Below are positions 10,006 through 19,836 of a stretch of 64,000 nt of DNA, piece by piece. Source of the DNA: Dehalococcoidia bacterium (GTDB lineage Bacteria > Chloroflexota > Dehalococcoidia > Plut-88900); contig CBDFLQ010000006.1 in NCBI GenBank assembly GCA_965249275.1, forward strand, positions 320,001 to 384,000. Direction: 5' to 3'. Under the pieces are notes generated by a model. The model did no database searches. It was not told the DNA's origin and worked only from the letters and a program-made list of their open reading frames with translations. The first letter of the stretch is position 1; each line of letters begins with the position of its first letter. A program made the translations under genes and the position numbers.

Positions 10006-10965
10006 ATGCCAAAAATCAACTCAGTCCTCGGCCCCCTAGACACCGCCGACATGGGCTTCACCCTCTCCCACGAGCACGTCCTCGTATCCTCCGCCGGCAT
10101 CCAGCAAATCTACCCCGAGTTCATACCCCGTGATGCGATAATCGAACGAGGCATCAACGACCTGAAAGTCGCCCACGCCGAGGGCGTCCAAACCATCATC
10201 GACGTCACCACTATCGACCTCGGCCGCGACATCCGTATGCTCGAAGACGTCTCCCGAGGCTCCGGCGTCAACATCATCGCCGCCACCGGTACTTGGCGAG
10301 ACATTCCTCGCGTCTTCTGGGAAGCCTCCCCCGACGCTATCGCTGCCCTCTACATCCGCGAGATCGAGCAGGGAATCGAGGGCACCGACATCAAGGCCGG
10401 CGTGATCAAGGTCGCCAACGACAAGGGAGGCGTAACACCTCAGGGCGAGATCATCCTCCGCGCCGCCGCCCGAGCCCACAAGGCCACCGGAGTCCCCATC
10501 TCAACTCACACCTGGGCCCCCGAGAGGGTCGGCCTCCAGCAGGCCCGCATCTTCGAAGAGGAGTGTGTCGATCTAAACCGCGTCTACGTCGGCCACAGCA
10601 ACGACACCACCAACGTCTCCTATCTCATCGAGCTCCTCGAAAAAGGCGCCTGGATCGGCCTCGACCGCTATCCCGGCTTCGCCTCCGAAGGCTCTGACAC
10701 CCCCGACTGGCAAGACCGCACCCGCACCGCCGTCCGGCTCATCGAGGCTGGTTACGGCCACAAGATAATGCTCAGCCACGACTGGTCCATCCCCATCTCC
10801 CGCCCCAGCGAGAAAGAAGTCGCCCGACGTGAAGCTCGCAACGCAGACGGCTACCTATTCATCCACCGCCACGTCATCCCTCTCCTCCGAGACCTCGGCA
10901 TCTCCCAGGACGCCATAGACCAAATGATGGTCCACAACCCCCGCAATTTCTTCTCCGCCTCCTAG
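10006..10965 (+). CDS. Phosphotriesterase-like lactonase/hydrolase
   Basis: TLSHEH, GVIKVA (carboxylated Lys), ISTH, VGHS and LSHD metal ligands; HNPRNFF C-terminus. Confidence 0.92.
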   Translation: MPKINSVLGPLDTADMGFTLSHEHVLVSSAGIQQIYPEFIPRDAIIERGINDLKVAHAEGVQTIIDVTTIDLGRDIRMLEDVSRGSGVNIIAATGTWRDIPRVFWEASPDAIAALYIREIEQGIEGTDIKAGVIKVANDKGGVTPQGEIILRAAARAHKATGVPISTHTWAPERVGLQQARIFEEECVDLNRVYVGHSNDTTNVSYLIELLEKGAWIGLDRYPGFASEGSDTPDWQDRTRTAVRLIEAGYGHKIMLSHDWSIPISRPSEKEVARREARNADGYLFIHRHVIPLLRDLGISQDAIDQMMVHNPRNFFSAS

Positions 10966-10975
10966 CCCCTCGTCC

Positions 10976-11625
10976 ATCATTCCCGTGCCTCCTCATTTGT
11001 CATCCCGATACGCCGAGAGGATTCTGGGGATGGGGAATTCCGTTCGCCCTGAGCTGAGTCGAAGGGTCTCAAGAACGGAATGGGGTGGTGCTCCCTTCCT
11101 TTAGCCACAATCCCTCGTGGTTGCCCTGGGGGGAGGTGTCGCCCACCCTGAGCTTGCTGAAAGTCCGCCGAGGCGGATCGAAGGGTCGAGCGGGCAGCTG
11201 CCCACGTACTGCCAAACCGTCGCGTCCGCCCCTCCCGTCATTCCCGACCCGGATCGGGAATCCATCCCCGGAAAGGGCCGCCCACCCTGTCACAGATCCG
11301 CTGAGGCGGAAGGCACTCGAAGGGTCGAGCGAGGGAAGACCCACACACTGCCCATCCGTCACGCCTGCCCGACTCCAACCCACCCCCCTCTCCCTCGTCA
11401 TCCCGAGGCTCCGCGAGGGATCTGGGGTGGGGCCTCCCCCTCCCAACTCTCCTAGCCTGCCTTCTCTTTGGTACAGATCTGTCGGTCATGTTGCGGCGCA
11501 ACATGACCGACAGATCAATTAAAACTGGGCGGGTGGGCGGGACTCCACTTATCCCTCGGCGTGGATGGGACATCCCCTCCGGCACAAAAGGGGATGGGGT
11601 CGAAGACTCGCCGAGGCGAGTGACA
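10976..11625 (+). repeat. Cluster of mosaic palindromic repeats (BIME-like)
   Basis: GTC-tagged REPs at 10999, 11237 and 11397; 45-bp element 11037-11081; two CGCCCACCCTG...TCGAAGGGTCGAGCG units with inner TCCGCYGAGGCGGA; 41-bp palindrome 11476-11516; 21-nt hairpin 11601-11621. Confidence 0.8.
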
Positions 11626-11852
11626 TCACCTCCTCGACTCAATGAAAACACATGTGCTATCTTTACCTGAATGATCCAACACCCGGAAAAGACCCCCCGA
11701 CAAGCTATGAAGCAAAAGAGCTCACATTTGACTCGCCTCAGGCACAAAGACCCACCGGCCCAATACAAATTTCTTAGCAAACAATCAAAAATCATGCCTG
11801 AGCCCGCGCAACAATCAAAAGTCGTTCTCCGGCCATATCTCACACCTCCCCT

Positions 11853-11901
11853 TTGACACCCGACACACCTATCGCTACCATTAGTAACCGCAACTACTTG
11901 C
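11853..11901 (+). promoter_or_regulatory. Sigma70 promoter of the metal ABC operon with candidate operator
   Basis: TTGACA(11853)-N17-TACCAT(11876), followed by a GCAA-CTAC-TTGC palindrome (11890-11901). Confidence 0.55.
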
Positions 11902-11935
11902 AACAACACTTCATCGCATTAAGCGGTTCTATGCC

Positions 11936-12925
11936 ATGCCCAAGCTCTTTACTCTTTTCCTCATCACCCTCATCGCCCTCGCCTGCGGCTCTACCTCCAA
12001 CCCCTCCTCCGGCAAACTCAGCGTAGTGACCACCGTCGCACCCATCACCAGCATCGTCGAGAACATCGGCGGCAACCGCATCCACCTCGAGGGCATAGTC
12101 CCCGAGGGGACCAACTCCCACACCTACGAACCCTCTCCCTCAATAGCCAAAACCCTCACCCAGGCAGACCTCATCATCGCCAATGGCCTTTTCCTCGAAG
12201 AACCCACCCTCAACCTCGCCGACAGCGTCAAACAGGACGACACCCCCATCCTCCTCCTCGGTGACAACACCATCTCCCAAGACCAATGGGCCTTCGACTT
12301 CACCTTCCCAGAGTCCGGCGACCACCCCAACCCCCACCTCTGGCCCGACCCCAACCTCGCCTTACTTTACGCCCAACTTGTCCACGACTCCCTCGTCTCC
12401 CTAGACCCCTCCAATAAGGAGTACTACGATGACAACCTTGCCGCCTTTACCGTTAGAATAGACCGCCTCGACAACGCCATCCGCGAAGGTATATCCACTA
12501 TTTCTCCCGACAACCGCAGACTCCTCACCTATCATGACTCCTGGGCCTATTTCGCCCGCACCTACGACGTCGAGATCATCGGCGCAATCCAGCCATCCGA
12601 TTTCAGCGAGCCCTCCCCCCAGGAAATGGCCCGCCTCATCCTCCAGGTCCGAGGCCTCGGCGTCCCCGCCGTATTCGGCTCCGAGGTCTTCCCCAGCAAG
12701 GCCCTCGAGCAGATCGCCCGAGAGTCCGGCGCCCTATACAGCGATGAGCTCTCCGACGATGACCTTCCCGGCCTGCCCGGTGACCCTGACCATTCCTACC
12801 TTGGCCTCATGACCCGGAACATGATCACCATGATCGGAGCTCTTGGCGGCGAGGTTGGCCCCTTCCATAACCTCGACTCATCCCTCGTGTTCGAAGGCCC
12901 CTCTACCGCCATCTACCCGCAGTAG
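11936..12925 (+). CDS. Zn/Mn ABC transporter substrate-binding lipoprotein (ZnuA/TroA family)
   Basis: Lipobox ALAC; NSHTYEP, PNPHLW, YHDSW, LSDD give His3-Asp ligands. Confidence 0.92.
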   Translation: MPKLFTLFLITLIALACGSTSNPSSGKLSVVTTVAPITSIVENIGGNRIHLEGIVPEGTNSHTYEPSPSIAKTLTQADLIIANGLFLEEPTLNLADSVKQDDTPILLLGDNTISQDQWAFDFTFPESGDHPNPHLWPDPNLALLYAQLVHDSLVSLDPSNKEYYDDNLAAFTVRIDRLDNAIREGISTISPDNRRLLTYHDSWAYFARTYDVEIIGAIQPSDFSEPSPQEMARLILQVRGLGVPAVFGSEVFPSKALEQIARESGALYSDELSDDDLPGLPGDPDHSYLGLMTRNMITMIGALGGEVGPFHNLDSSLVFEGPSTAIYPQ

Positions 12926-12933
12926 GTAACTCT

Positions 12934-13797
12934 TTGCTTCATCCTGGCTCTCATCCCCGAACCACCGGCACCCCCATCGTGGCCCTGGACAACGTCTCCT
13001 GCGGATACGACGGGCAGTCCGTCCTATCCGGCTTGGACCTAAGAATCATGCCCGGCGATTTCGTCGGACTGCTCGGACCCAGCGGTTCCGGTAAGACCAC
13101 TCTGCTCCGTGTCATTCTTGGCGCGGTCCGACTCTTCTCCGGCAGAGTCCTGCTCGATGGAGTCCCCGTCGGCCCCAGACGGCCTCCCATTGGCTACGTT
13201 CCCCAGCTCGATACCATTGACTGGAACTTCCCCGTCACTGTGCAGGAAGTTGTACTCATGGGTGCCGCCATGCGCAAGCCCTTCTTCCCTTGGCACTCTT
13301 CCCAGCAGGGCCGTAACGCCAGGGTGATCATGGAGCGCCTCGGCATTGCCCATCTCGCCCACAGGCACATAAGGCAGCTCTCCGGCGGACAGCAGCAACG
13401 CGTCTTCCTCGCCCGAGCCCTCATCAGCAACCCCAGGCTCCTCCTTCTTGACGAACCTACTGCCGGAGTCGACATCAAGACCCGGGACGACATCATGCAC
13501 CTGCTTCACGAGCTTAACCACCAGGGCGTGACCATCGTGATGACCACCCACGAGATTAACTCCGTCGCCGCCCACCTGCCGCAAGTCGTCTGCATCAATG
13601 GTGGCATTATTGCCCAGGGCCCTCCCACCGACGTCTTCACCCCCGACATCCTGAGTCGCACCTACGGCGCCGACATGCCAGTCATCCGCTACCAGGGCCT
13701 CGCCCTCGTGGCGGAACGCCCTCACGTCTACGGCCCCACCGCCGACCAGCACACCGGAAAGGAACCTCACCTCCACACCCATGCCCCCGATTCTTGA
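12934..13797 (+). CDS. Zn/Mn ABC transporter ATP-binding subunit
   Basis: GPSGSGKT, IGYVPQ, LSGGQQQR, LLLDEPT; His-rich C-terminal tail. Confidence 0.92.
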   Translation: MLHPGSHPRTTGTPIVALDNVSCGYDGQSVLSGLDLRIMPGDFVGLLGPSGSGKTTLLRVILGAVRLFSGRVLLDGVPVGPRRPPIGYVPQLDTIDWNFPVTVQEVVLMGAAMRKPFFPWHSSQQGRNARVIMERLGIAHLAHRHIRQLSGGQQQRVFLARALISNPRLLLLDEPTAGVDIKTRDDIMHLLHELNHQGVTIVMTTHEINSVAAHLPQVVCINGGIIAQGPPTDVFTPDILSRTYGADMPVIRYQGLALVAERPHVYGPTADQHTGKEPHLHTHAPDS

Positions 13798-14644
13798 ACC
13801 CTTCCAGTTCGAGTTCTTCGTCAAGGGTCTGGTCGCCGCCACCCTCGCCGGTGGCCTCTGCGGCCTGATCGGCGTCTACATCGTCCTCCGCGGCATGGCC
13901 TATATAGGTCACGGCCTCTCTCATGCCGTCTTCGGAGGTGCCGTAGTTAGCTATGTTATGTCTATCAATTTCTTCGTGGGTGCCAGCATCTGGGGCTTCC
14001 TCTCCGCCCTTCTCATCACCCTGACCACTCGCAAAAGGGTCATAGGCGCTGACGCCGCCATCGGCATCGTAACAACCGCCAGCTTCGCCCTCGGCGTCGC
14101 CATTATCAGCACCCAGCGCACCTTCACCCGCAGCTTCGAGGCCGCACTAATCGGCGACATCCTCGGCGTCGAGAGGGGCGACCTCGTGGCCCTTGTAGCC
14201 GTATCAATTGGCACGGTCCTCTTGGTACTTCTCGGCTACAAGCTCATCCTTTTCACCACCTTCGACCCCGAGGTAGCCCGCTTCTACGGCGTCCCGACCG
14301 CCTGGGTAGACACCGCCTTCTCCCTGGTCCTTGCCGGCGTCATCGTCGTCTCGATGCAGATTCTCGGCGTCACTATGATCGCCGCCGCCATTGTCATACC
14401 TCCCATCGTCGCCCGACTCATCACCAACAAGTTCTCCCATATGCTGCTCCTCTCCACCGCCATCGGCGCCTTCTGCGGTTTCTTCGGCATCTACATCAGC
14501 TATTGGGCCGACGTTTCGTCGGGAGCCACCATCGTGCTTTTCGCCGCCGCGCTCTTCCTCTTGGCAATGGCCTGGAGCACCTTCTGGCGAAGGTTGCCCT
14601 TCTCTCGACGCCCTCGCCCACCCACCGCCACTCCCGGCCTCTAA
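13781..14644 (+). CDS. Zn/Mn ABC transporter permease (ABC-3)
   Basis: IVLRGMAYIGHGLSHAVFGG, LIGDILGV, FDPEVA, SSGATIV. Confidence 0.92.
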   Translation: MPPILEPFQFEFFVKGLVAATLAGGLCGLIGVYIVLRGMAYIGHGLSHAVFGGAVVSYVMSINFFVGASIWGFLSALLITLTTRKRVIGADAAIGIVTTASFALGVAIISTQRTFTRSFEAALIGDILGVERGDLVALVAVSIGTVLLVLLGYKLILFTTFDPEVARFYGVPTAWVDTAFSLVLAGVIVVSMQILGVTMIAAAIVIPPIVARLITNKFSHMLLLSTAIGAFCGFFGIYISYWADVSSGATIVLFAAALFLLAMAWSTFWRRLPFSRRPRPPTATPGL

Positions 14645-14749
14645 GCAACCTATTAACTCTACGCAACCCCGTTCGCAATTTCTCATATGCGGTCCCTCTC
14701 TCAATGAGACCGCACCACTCTAATCCCGGATGCTGAGGGGGTGTCCAAT

Positions 14750-14808
14750 CCCCTCTCTGTCGATGGGAGAGGGCTAGGGCCGTAGGCTCGCCGAGGAGAG
14801 TGAGGGTG
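14750..14808 (+). repeat. Second copy of the CCCTCTC...GGGAGAGGG repeat with 21-nt inner hairpin
   Basis: Aligns with 1862-1919. Confidence 0.7.
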
Positions 14809-14948
14809 TTCCGAGTGAGCAAAAGGACAAAGCGTATAGTTATGCGAAATGCTCAACCCCCCAGGCACTGGTCATCCGACTCCTCATGGTGTAACTTGAA
14901 CTTCACCCGCATAGATTGCCCAATGGGGCTCAATAACAGGAGACAACG

Positions 14949-15695
14949 GTGAAGCTCAAAGACAAGGTTGTTATAGTCACTGGAAGCAGCAGGGGCATAG
15001 GCAAGGGCCTTGCAATCGGTTTCGCCAAAGAGGGCGCGAAGGTCATCGTCATGGCCCGCACCGACGCCCCCGGCCAGAGCAGGCTCCCCGGCACCATCCA
15101 CGAAACCGCAGAACAGATCAGAGCCGCAGGCGGCGAGTGCCTCCCGATACGCTGTGACCTTACCAGCCCGGAAGACCGTACTGCCCTCATCCAGCAGGTC
15201 ATCGACGCCTATGGCAGGATCGACGTCCTGATCAACAACGCCGCCATCATTCTCCACACCAGCGTCGCCGACACCAGCGTCAAGCGCTGGGGCCTAATGG
15301 CCGAGATCAACGTCCGAGCCCCCATCGAACTCTGCATGTTGGTCTTGCCCCATATGATGAAGCAGAAGTCAGGCTCCATTATCAACGTCACCTCCGGCGC
15401 TGCTCATGATCTTGAAGGCCTTACACTCTACGGTGCTTCCGACGCCGCCCTTGACCGCTTCACCCAGGGCCTCGCCCTCGAAATGAAAGACCACAACATC
15501 GCCGTCAACGGCCTCGATCCCGGCAGGGTGAAAACCGAGGGCGCCCTATTTACCTACCCCGAGGGCACCGACTGGTCCCAGTGGAAGGAGCCTGCCGCCG
15601 TCGTACCTTCCGCCGTCTACCTCGCCGCCCTCCCCGGCACCTCATTGACCGGCCGCATAGTAGAAACCGACTTCTTCGGCCAGTCCTGGCCCTAG
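14949..15695 (+). CDS. SDR oxidoreductase (atypical YxxxD)
   Basis: TGSSRGIG, INNAA, NVTS; YGASD where YxxxK is expected. Confidence 0.85.
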   Translation: MKLKDKVVIVTGSSRGIGKGLAIGFAKEGAKVIVMARTDAPGQSRLPGTIHETAEQIRAAGGECLPIRCDLTSPEDRTALIQQVIDAYGRIDVLINNAAIILHTSVADTSVKRWGLMAEINVRAPIELCMLVLPHMMKQKSGSIINVTSGAAHDLEGLTLYGASDAALDRFTQGLALEMKDHNIAVNGLDPGRVKTEGALFTYPEGTDWSQWKEPAAVVPSAVYLAALPGTSLTGRIVETDFFGQSWP

Positions 15696-15711
15696 CCCCG
15701 GCTCCAAGACC

Positions 15712-16596
15712 ATGCCGTCTCCAACCAGCGTCAGGACTGTCGTTGTTCCCGCTGCCGGGTGGGGGACTCGTTTCCTTCCCACCACCAAGGCCGTCCCCAA
15801 GGAACTCCTCCCACTAATCGATAAGCCGGTCATCCAATACGGCATGGAGGAGGCCGCCGACTCCGGTCTGACGCGCGCCGTACTCGTCACCTCTTCCGGC
15901 AAGAATGCCCTTGAGGACTACTTCCGTCCTCGCCCCGCGCTCAACGACTTCCTCGATTCGAAGGGAAAGTCCGACCTCATCTCCAGCGTTGCCCGCATCA
16001 CCTGCAATCTCGACATCACTTCAGTCATCCAGCACGAGCAACTGGGCCTCGGCCACGCCGTCCTCACCGCTAGCGAAGCCGTTGGCCCCGAGCCCTTCGC
16101 CGTCCTACTCCCCGACGACGTCATCCGCTCCCGCACCCCTGTCCTCCAACAACTTCTGGAAGTCTTCGACTCCCGGCAGGCCTCTGTCCTCGCCGTGCAG
16201 AGAATACCCCGAGACCGAATATCGGGTTACGGAGTCATCGAGGAAGAAGAGATAAGCCCCGGCCTCCACCGGGTCAAGGCCCTCGTTGAAAAGCCCCGCC
16301 CCGAAGACGCCCCCTCCGACTTGGGCATCGTCGGGCGCTACGTTCTTACTTCCACTATCTTCGAGGCCCTCACTGCGACCAAGCCCGGTGCCCTCGGCGA
16401 AATCCAACTCACTGACGCCATCGCCATTCTGCTGAAAAATGAGCCGGTATACGCCCTTGAATTTGAAGGTGACCGCTACGATGCCGGCAATCCCCTCGGC
16501 CTGATCCAAGCCTCGGTTTGCATGGGCCTCTCCCGCCCGGACATCGGCCCCAACTTGCGGGCCTTCCTCGCCCGCCTCGATCTCCCTAGCGGTTAG
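15712..16596 (+). CDS. galU: UTP--glucose-1-phosphate uridylyltransferase
   Basis: [43 protein letters not shown]. Confidence 0.93.
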   Translation: MPSPTSVRTVVVPAAGWGTRFLPTTKAVPKELLPLIDKPVIQYGMEEAADSGLTRAVLVTSSGKNALEDYFRPRPALNDFLDSKGKSDLISSVARITCNLDITSVIQHEQLGLGHAVLTASEAVGPEPFAVLLPDDVIRSRTPVLQQLLEVFDSRQASVLAVQRIPRDRISGYGVIEEEEISPGLHRVKALVEKPRPEDAPSDLGIVGRYVLTSTIFEALTATKPGALGEIQLTDAIAILLKNEPVYALEFEGDRYDAGNPLGLIQASVCMGLSRPDIGPNLRAFLARLDLPSG

Positions 16597-18433
16597 ACCC
16601 GTCCTGCTTTCCCACCTTGAGCACCGCCATAAACGCTTCCTGCGGAATCTCCACGTTCCCCACCCGTTTCATCCGCTTCTTCCCCTCGGCCTGCTTCTGC
16701 AGCAACTTCCTCTTACGTGACACGTCGCCCCCGTAGCATTTCGCTAGAACGTTCTTCCGAAGGGCCTTGATCGTCTCTCGGGCGATCACCCGGTTCCCGA
16801 TCGCCGCCTGTATAGGCACGTCGAAAAGCTGACGCGGGATTATGCCCCTAAGCGAATGTACCAACCCCTTGCCCCTCCGATACGCCTGGTCCGCATGCAC
16901 TATCAGCGAAAGCGCATCCACCGGTTGCTCGTTCACCAGGAGGTCCAGTTTAACCAGCGGTGCAGCCACGTACCCAGTTAACGAATAGTCCATCGATGCG
17001 TAGCCCTTAGTCCTCGATTTCAACTGGTCGTAGAACTCCAGCAGCATCTCGGCCAACGGCATCTGAAACTCCAGCGACACCCGTCCGCTCCCCCTCGACG
17101 TCCCATTTCCCTGCCCAGAGTTCAAATACTCCATCTTGGAATATTTCCCCCTGTGTTCCTGTACTAGCTCCATCACCGTGCCTATGAAGTTGTCCGGCGT
17201 TATGATCGTCAGGTTCAGCAACGGCTCCTCTATCGACTCTATATCCCCTCCAGGAGGCAGGTCCGTCGGACTCTCCACCAGTTGCAGACCGCCGCTTCTC
17301 AAGTTAACCCTGTACCCCACACTCGGCGACGTAGTAATTAGGTCTAGCCCGTACTCCCGTTCCAGCCGTTCCTGCACTATGTCCATGTGTAGCAGACCCA
17401 GGAAACCACACCGGAACCCGGGGCCAAGAGCCAGGCTCTCTTCAGGTTCGTAGGACAGCGAGGCGTCGTTCAGTGTCAGCTTGTCCAGGGCGTCCCTTAA
17501 GGAAGTGTACTCCCGCGTGTCGACGGGATACAGCCCTGCGAAAACCATCGGCTTCAGGGGCCGATACCCGGGAAGCGCCTCCGAGGCGGGTGTTCCCGCG
17601 CTGGTCAGCGTGTCCCCGACTCGGCACCTCCTCACCTCCTTCAGCCCCGTGGCTATTCCCCCCACCTCCCCGCTGCTTAGGCCAAGCACAGCCTTAGGCC
17701 AAGGCGTGAACACCGTAAGTTCCTGCCCTTCGAATTCTACCCCGTTCGACATCAGCTTCAGATCTTCACCACTCGAAACCTCCCCATCGAACACCCTTAC
17801 GTACGCGATCACGCCCTTGTAAGAATCGTATTTCGAGTCAAAGATCAGCGCCCGCAGCTGCCCTGAGCCGTTCCGCCTTGGCGGTGGCACCCTTTCGACA
17901 ATCGCGTCCAGCACGCCCTTCGTCCCCAGCCCCTCCTTCGCCGAGACCTGCAGCACTTCGGAGGCCGAGAAGCCGAGCGCATCACACATCTCCTCAATGA
18001 TCCTCTCCGGCTCCGCGTTTGGCAGGTCTATCTTGTTCAGTACCGGGATAAGTTCCAGGTCCTGGTCCAACGCCATGTACACGTTCGCAAGCGTCTGCGC
18101 CTGTATCCCCTGCGAAGCATCCACCACCAGCACGGCCCCCTCGCAGGCGCTCAGACTCCGCGACACCTCGTAAGTGAAGTCCACGTGTCCCGGAGTGTCG
18201 ATCAGGTTCAGTTCGTAGGCATTACCGTCCTCGTAATCGTACTGGAGCCGCACCGCCTTCGCCTTTATAGTGATCCCCCGCTCCCGCTCCAGGTCCATGT
18301 CGTCCAGCAGCTGTTCCTTCATATCCCGCGGCGAGATCGTGCCCGTATACTCCAACATGCGGTCCGCCAACGTAGACTTTCCATGGTCTATGTGGGCGAT
18401 GATGCAGAAGTTACGAATATATTCCAAGTCCAT
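16586..18433 (-). CDS. lepA: Elongation factor 4 (LepA)
   Basis: [53 protein letters not shown]. Confidence 0.98.
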   Translation of the reverse strand: MDLEYIRNFCIIAHIDHGKSTLADRMLEYTGTISPRDMKEQLLDDMDLERERGITIKAKAVRLQYDYEDGNAYELNLIDTPGHVDFTYEVSRSLSACEGAVLVVDASQGIQAQTLANVYMALDQDLELIPVLNKIDLPNAEPERIIEEMCDALGFSASEVLQVSAKEGLGTKGVLDAIVERVPPPRRNGSGQLRALIFDSKYDSYKGVIAYVRVFDGEVSSGEDLKLMSNGVEFEGQELTVFTPWPKAVLGLSSGEVGGIATGLKEVRRCRVGDTLTSAGTPASEALPGYRPLKPMVFAGLYPVDTREYTSLRDALDKLTLNDASLSYEPEESLALGPGFRCGFLGLLHMDIVQERLEREYGLDLITTSPSVGYRVNLRSGGLQLVESPTDLPPGGDIESIEEPLLNLTIITPDNFIGTVMELVQEHRGKYSKMEYLNSGQGNGTSRGSGRVSLEFQMPLAEMLLEFYDQLKSRTKGYASMDYSLTGYVAAPLVKLDLLVNEQPVDALSLIVHADQAYRRGKGLVHSLRGIIPRQLFDVPIQAAIGNRVIARETIKALRKNVLAKCYGGDVSRKRKLLQKQAEGKKRMKRVGNVEIPQEAFMAVLKVGKQDGSNR

Positions 18434-18442
18434 GTCTCTATC

Positions 18443-18826
18443 TCACCCCTGTGCAGACCCAGCCGCTTTTAGCCTTACCGCAGGCAGTCTCTTGAGACTC
18501 TGGTTGCGCGGGTCCACTTCGATGCCCACCGACTCTAGCGCCGTAACCCCAAGCAGCGGTTCGGCATCCGGGTCTCCGAATATAATAGTAGTCCCTGCGA
18601 AATCTCCCATGAACTCTATCTGACCAACCGTGACGTCCATGCGGCGTTCACTGCCATCGGCCAGTTCGTATATCCTCTGCCCCTTGGGTTCCAGACCTAT
18701 GGACTCCAGGCATTGCCGTGGTACAAGACAGTCGGTCGCGCCTGTATCCACCAGAAACAAACCCTCCCACGTCCTATCCGGCTCAGCCGGGTTACGAACT
18801 ACGGCTGTTACGTGCGTTACTCCCAT
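18443..18826 (-). CDS. Clan AA (retropepsin-like) aspartyl protease
   Basis: FLVDTGAT, LADG and PLLGVTALE motifs; 127 aa. Confidence 0.85.
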   Translation of the reverse strand: MGVTHVTAVVRNPAEPDRTWEGLFLVDTGATDCLVPRQCLESIGLEPKGQRIYELADGSERRMDVTVGQIEFMGDFAGTTIIFGDPDAEPLLGVTALESVGIEVDPRNQSLKRLPAVRLKAAGSAQG

Positions 18827-18966
18827 GTCAGATCAGTTCTCCTCAACCCTTGGATTTTCGATATCCTTGCTTCTACACTCAGAAATCAACTCAATATGGT
18901 GACGTGTAAACTCCCCCACGCCTCCGTTATAACACATACACATTCACTATGAATCCCTGAGTCTCT

Positions 18967-19764
18967 CTACGCCCCTCCCGTCACCTCTATCGTCGCCCCC
19001 GACACAAAGCTCGCCCCATCAGAACACAGAAACCCGATCACCGACGCTACTTCCTCCGCCCTCCCCACCCTTCCCACCGGTATCGAGCCCACCATTAGCT
19101 CCTTCTCCTCCTCCGAAAGAACCCTGAACCGCTCTGCTACCCGTGCCCCTGGCTCCGTCACTATTACGCCCGGCATCACTGCATTCACCGTTATCCCCCA
19201 GGGACCCAGGTCCTTCGCCAGCTGATTGGTCAGCCCTATTATCCCGGCCTTGGCCCCCGCATACGGCAGCCTGGCCGCCGACGGCCCCCTCGCCCCGAAT
19301 GCTCCCTTCGCAGATATCGAAGACAAGTTCACTACCCTCCCGTACCTACGTTCCTTCATCATTGGCGCCGCCGCCCTTGTACACAGGAACGCACTCTTCA
19401 GGTTGGTATCCACCACCCTTTCGAAGATCTCATCCGTCACGTCTTCTATATGATCGATCCCGACGTGTCCGCTCCCACCCGCGTTATTCACCAATATGTC
19501 GAGCCTCCCGAACCGCTTCAGTGTCCGGGCTGCCATCTCTTCCACTTGCTTCGTGGAGGTCACATCCACCTCCATAGTCATTACCCAATCCCCACGTGCG
19601 TCCAATTCCGCCATCGAATCCCGCACCTTGTCTCCTTGAAGATCTACCGCGCACACCCGACACCCACGTCCCAATAGCTCCGCCACCGTCGCCCTCCCGA
19701 TACCCTGCGCCCCACCCGTCACTATCGCAACTCTTCCTTCTAGGTCCCTTGGCTTGACTTCCAC
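18967..19764 (-). CDS. SDR oxidoreductase (FabG-like)
   Basis: TGGAQGIG, VNNAG, NLSS, YAGAK, VNAVMPG. Confidence 0.9.
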   Translation of the reverse strand: MEVKPRDLEGRVAIVTGGAQGIGRATVAELLGRGCRVCAVDLQGDKVRDSMAELDARGDWVMTMEVDVTSTKQVEEMAARTLKRFGRLDILVNNAGGSGHVGIDHIEDVTDEIFERVVDTNLKSAFLCTRAAAPMMKERRYGRVVNLSSISAKGAFGARGPSAARLPYAGAKAGIIGLTNQLAKDLGPWGITVNAVMPGVIVTEPGARVAERFRVLSEEEKELMVGSIPVGRVGRAEEVASVIGFLCSDGASFVSGATIEVTGGA

Positions 19765-19836
19765 AGTTGCGTCCCCTCTCTATGCGTCCTGGTTAAGCGA
19801 GCCAACTATAATGTAACCCTAGCCAAGGGGGTAGCC

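Noticed and set aside
11069-11909. ORFs 11069-11446, 11085-11522, 11117-11455 and 11238-11909
   Set aside because: These are translations of GC-rich palindromic repeats with no motifs or RBS.
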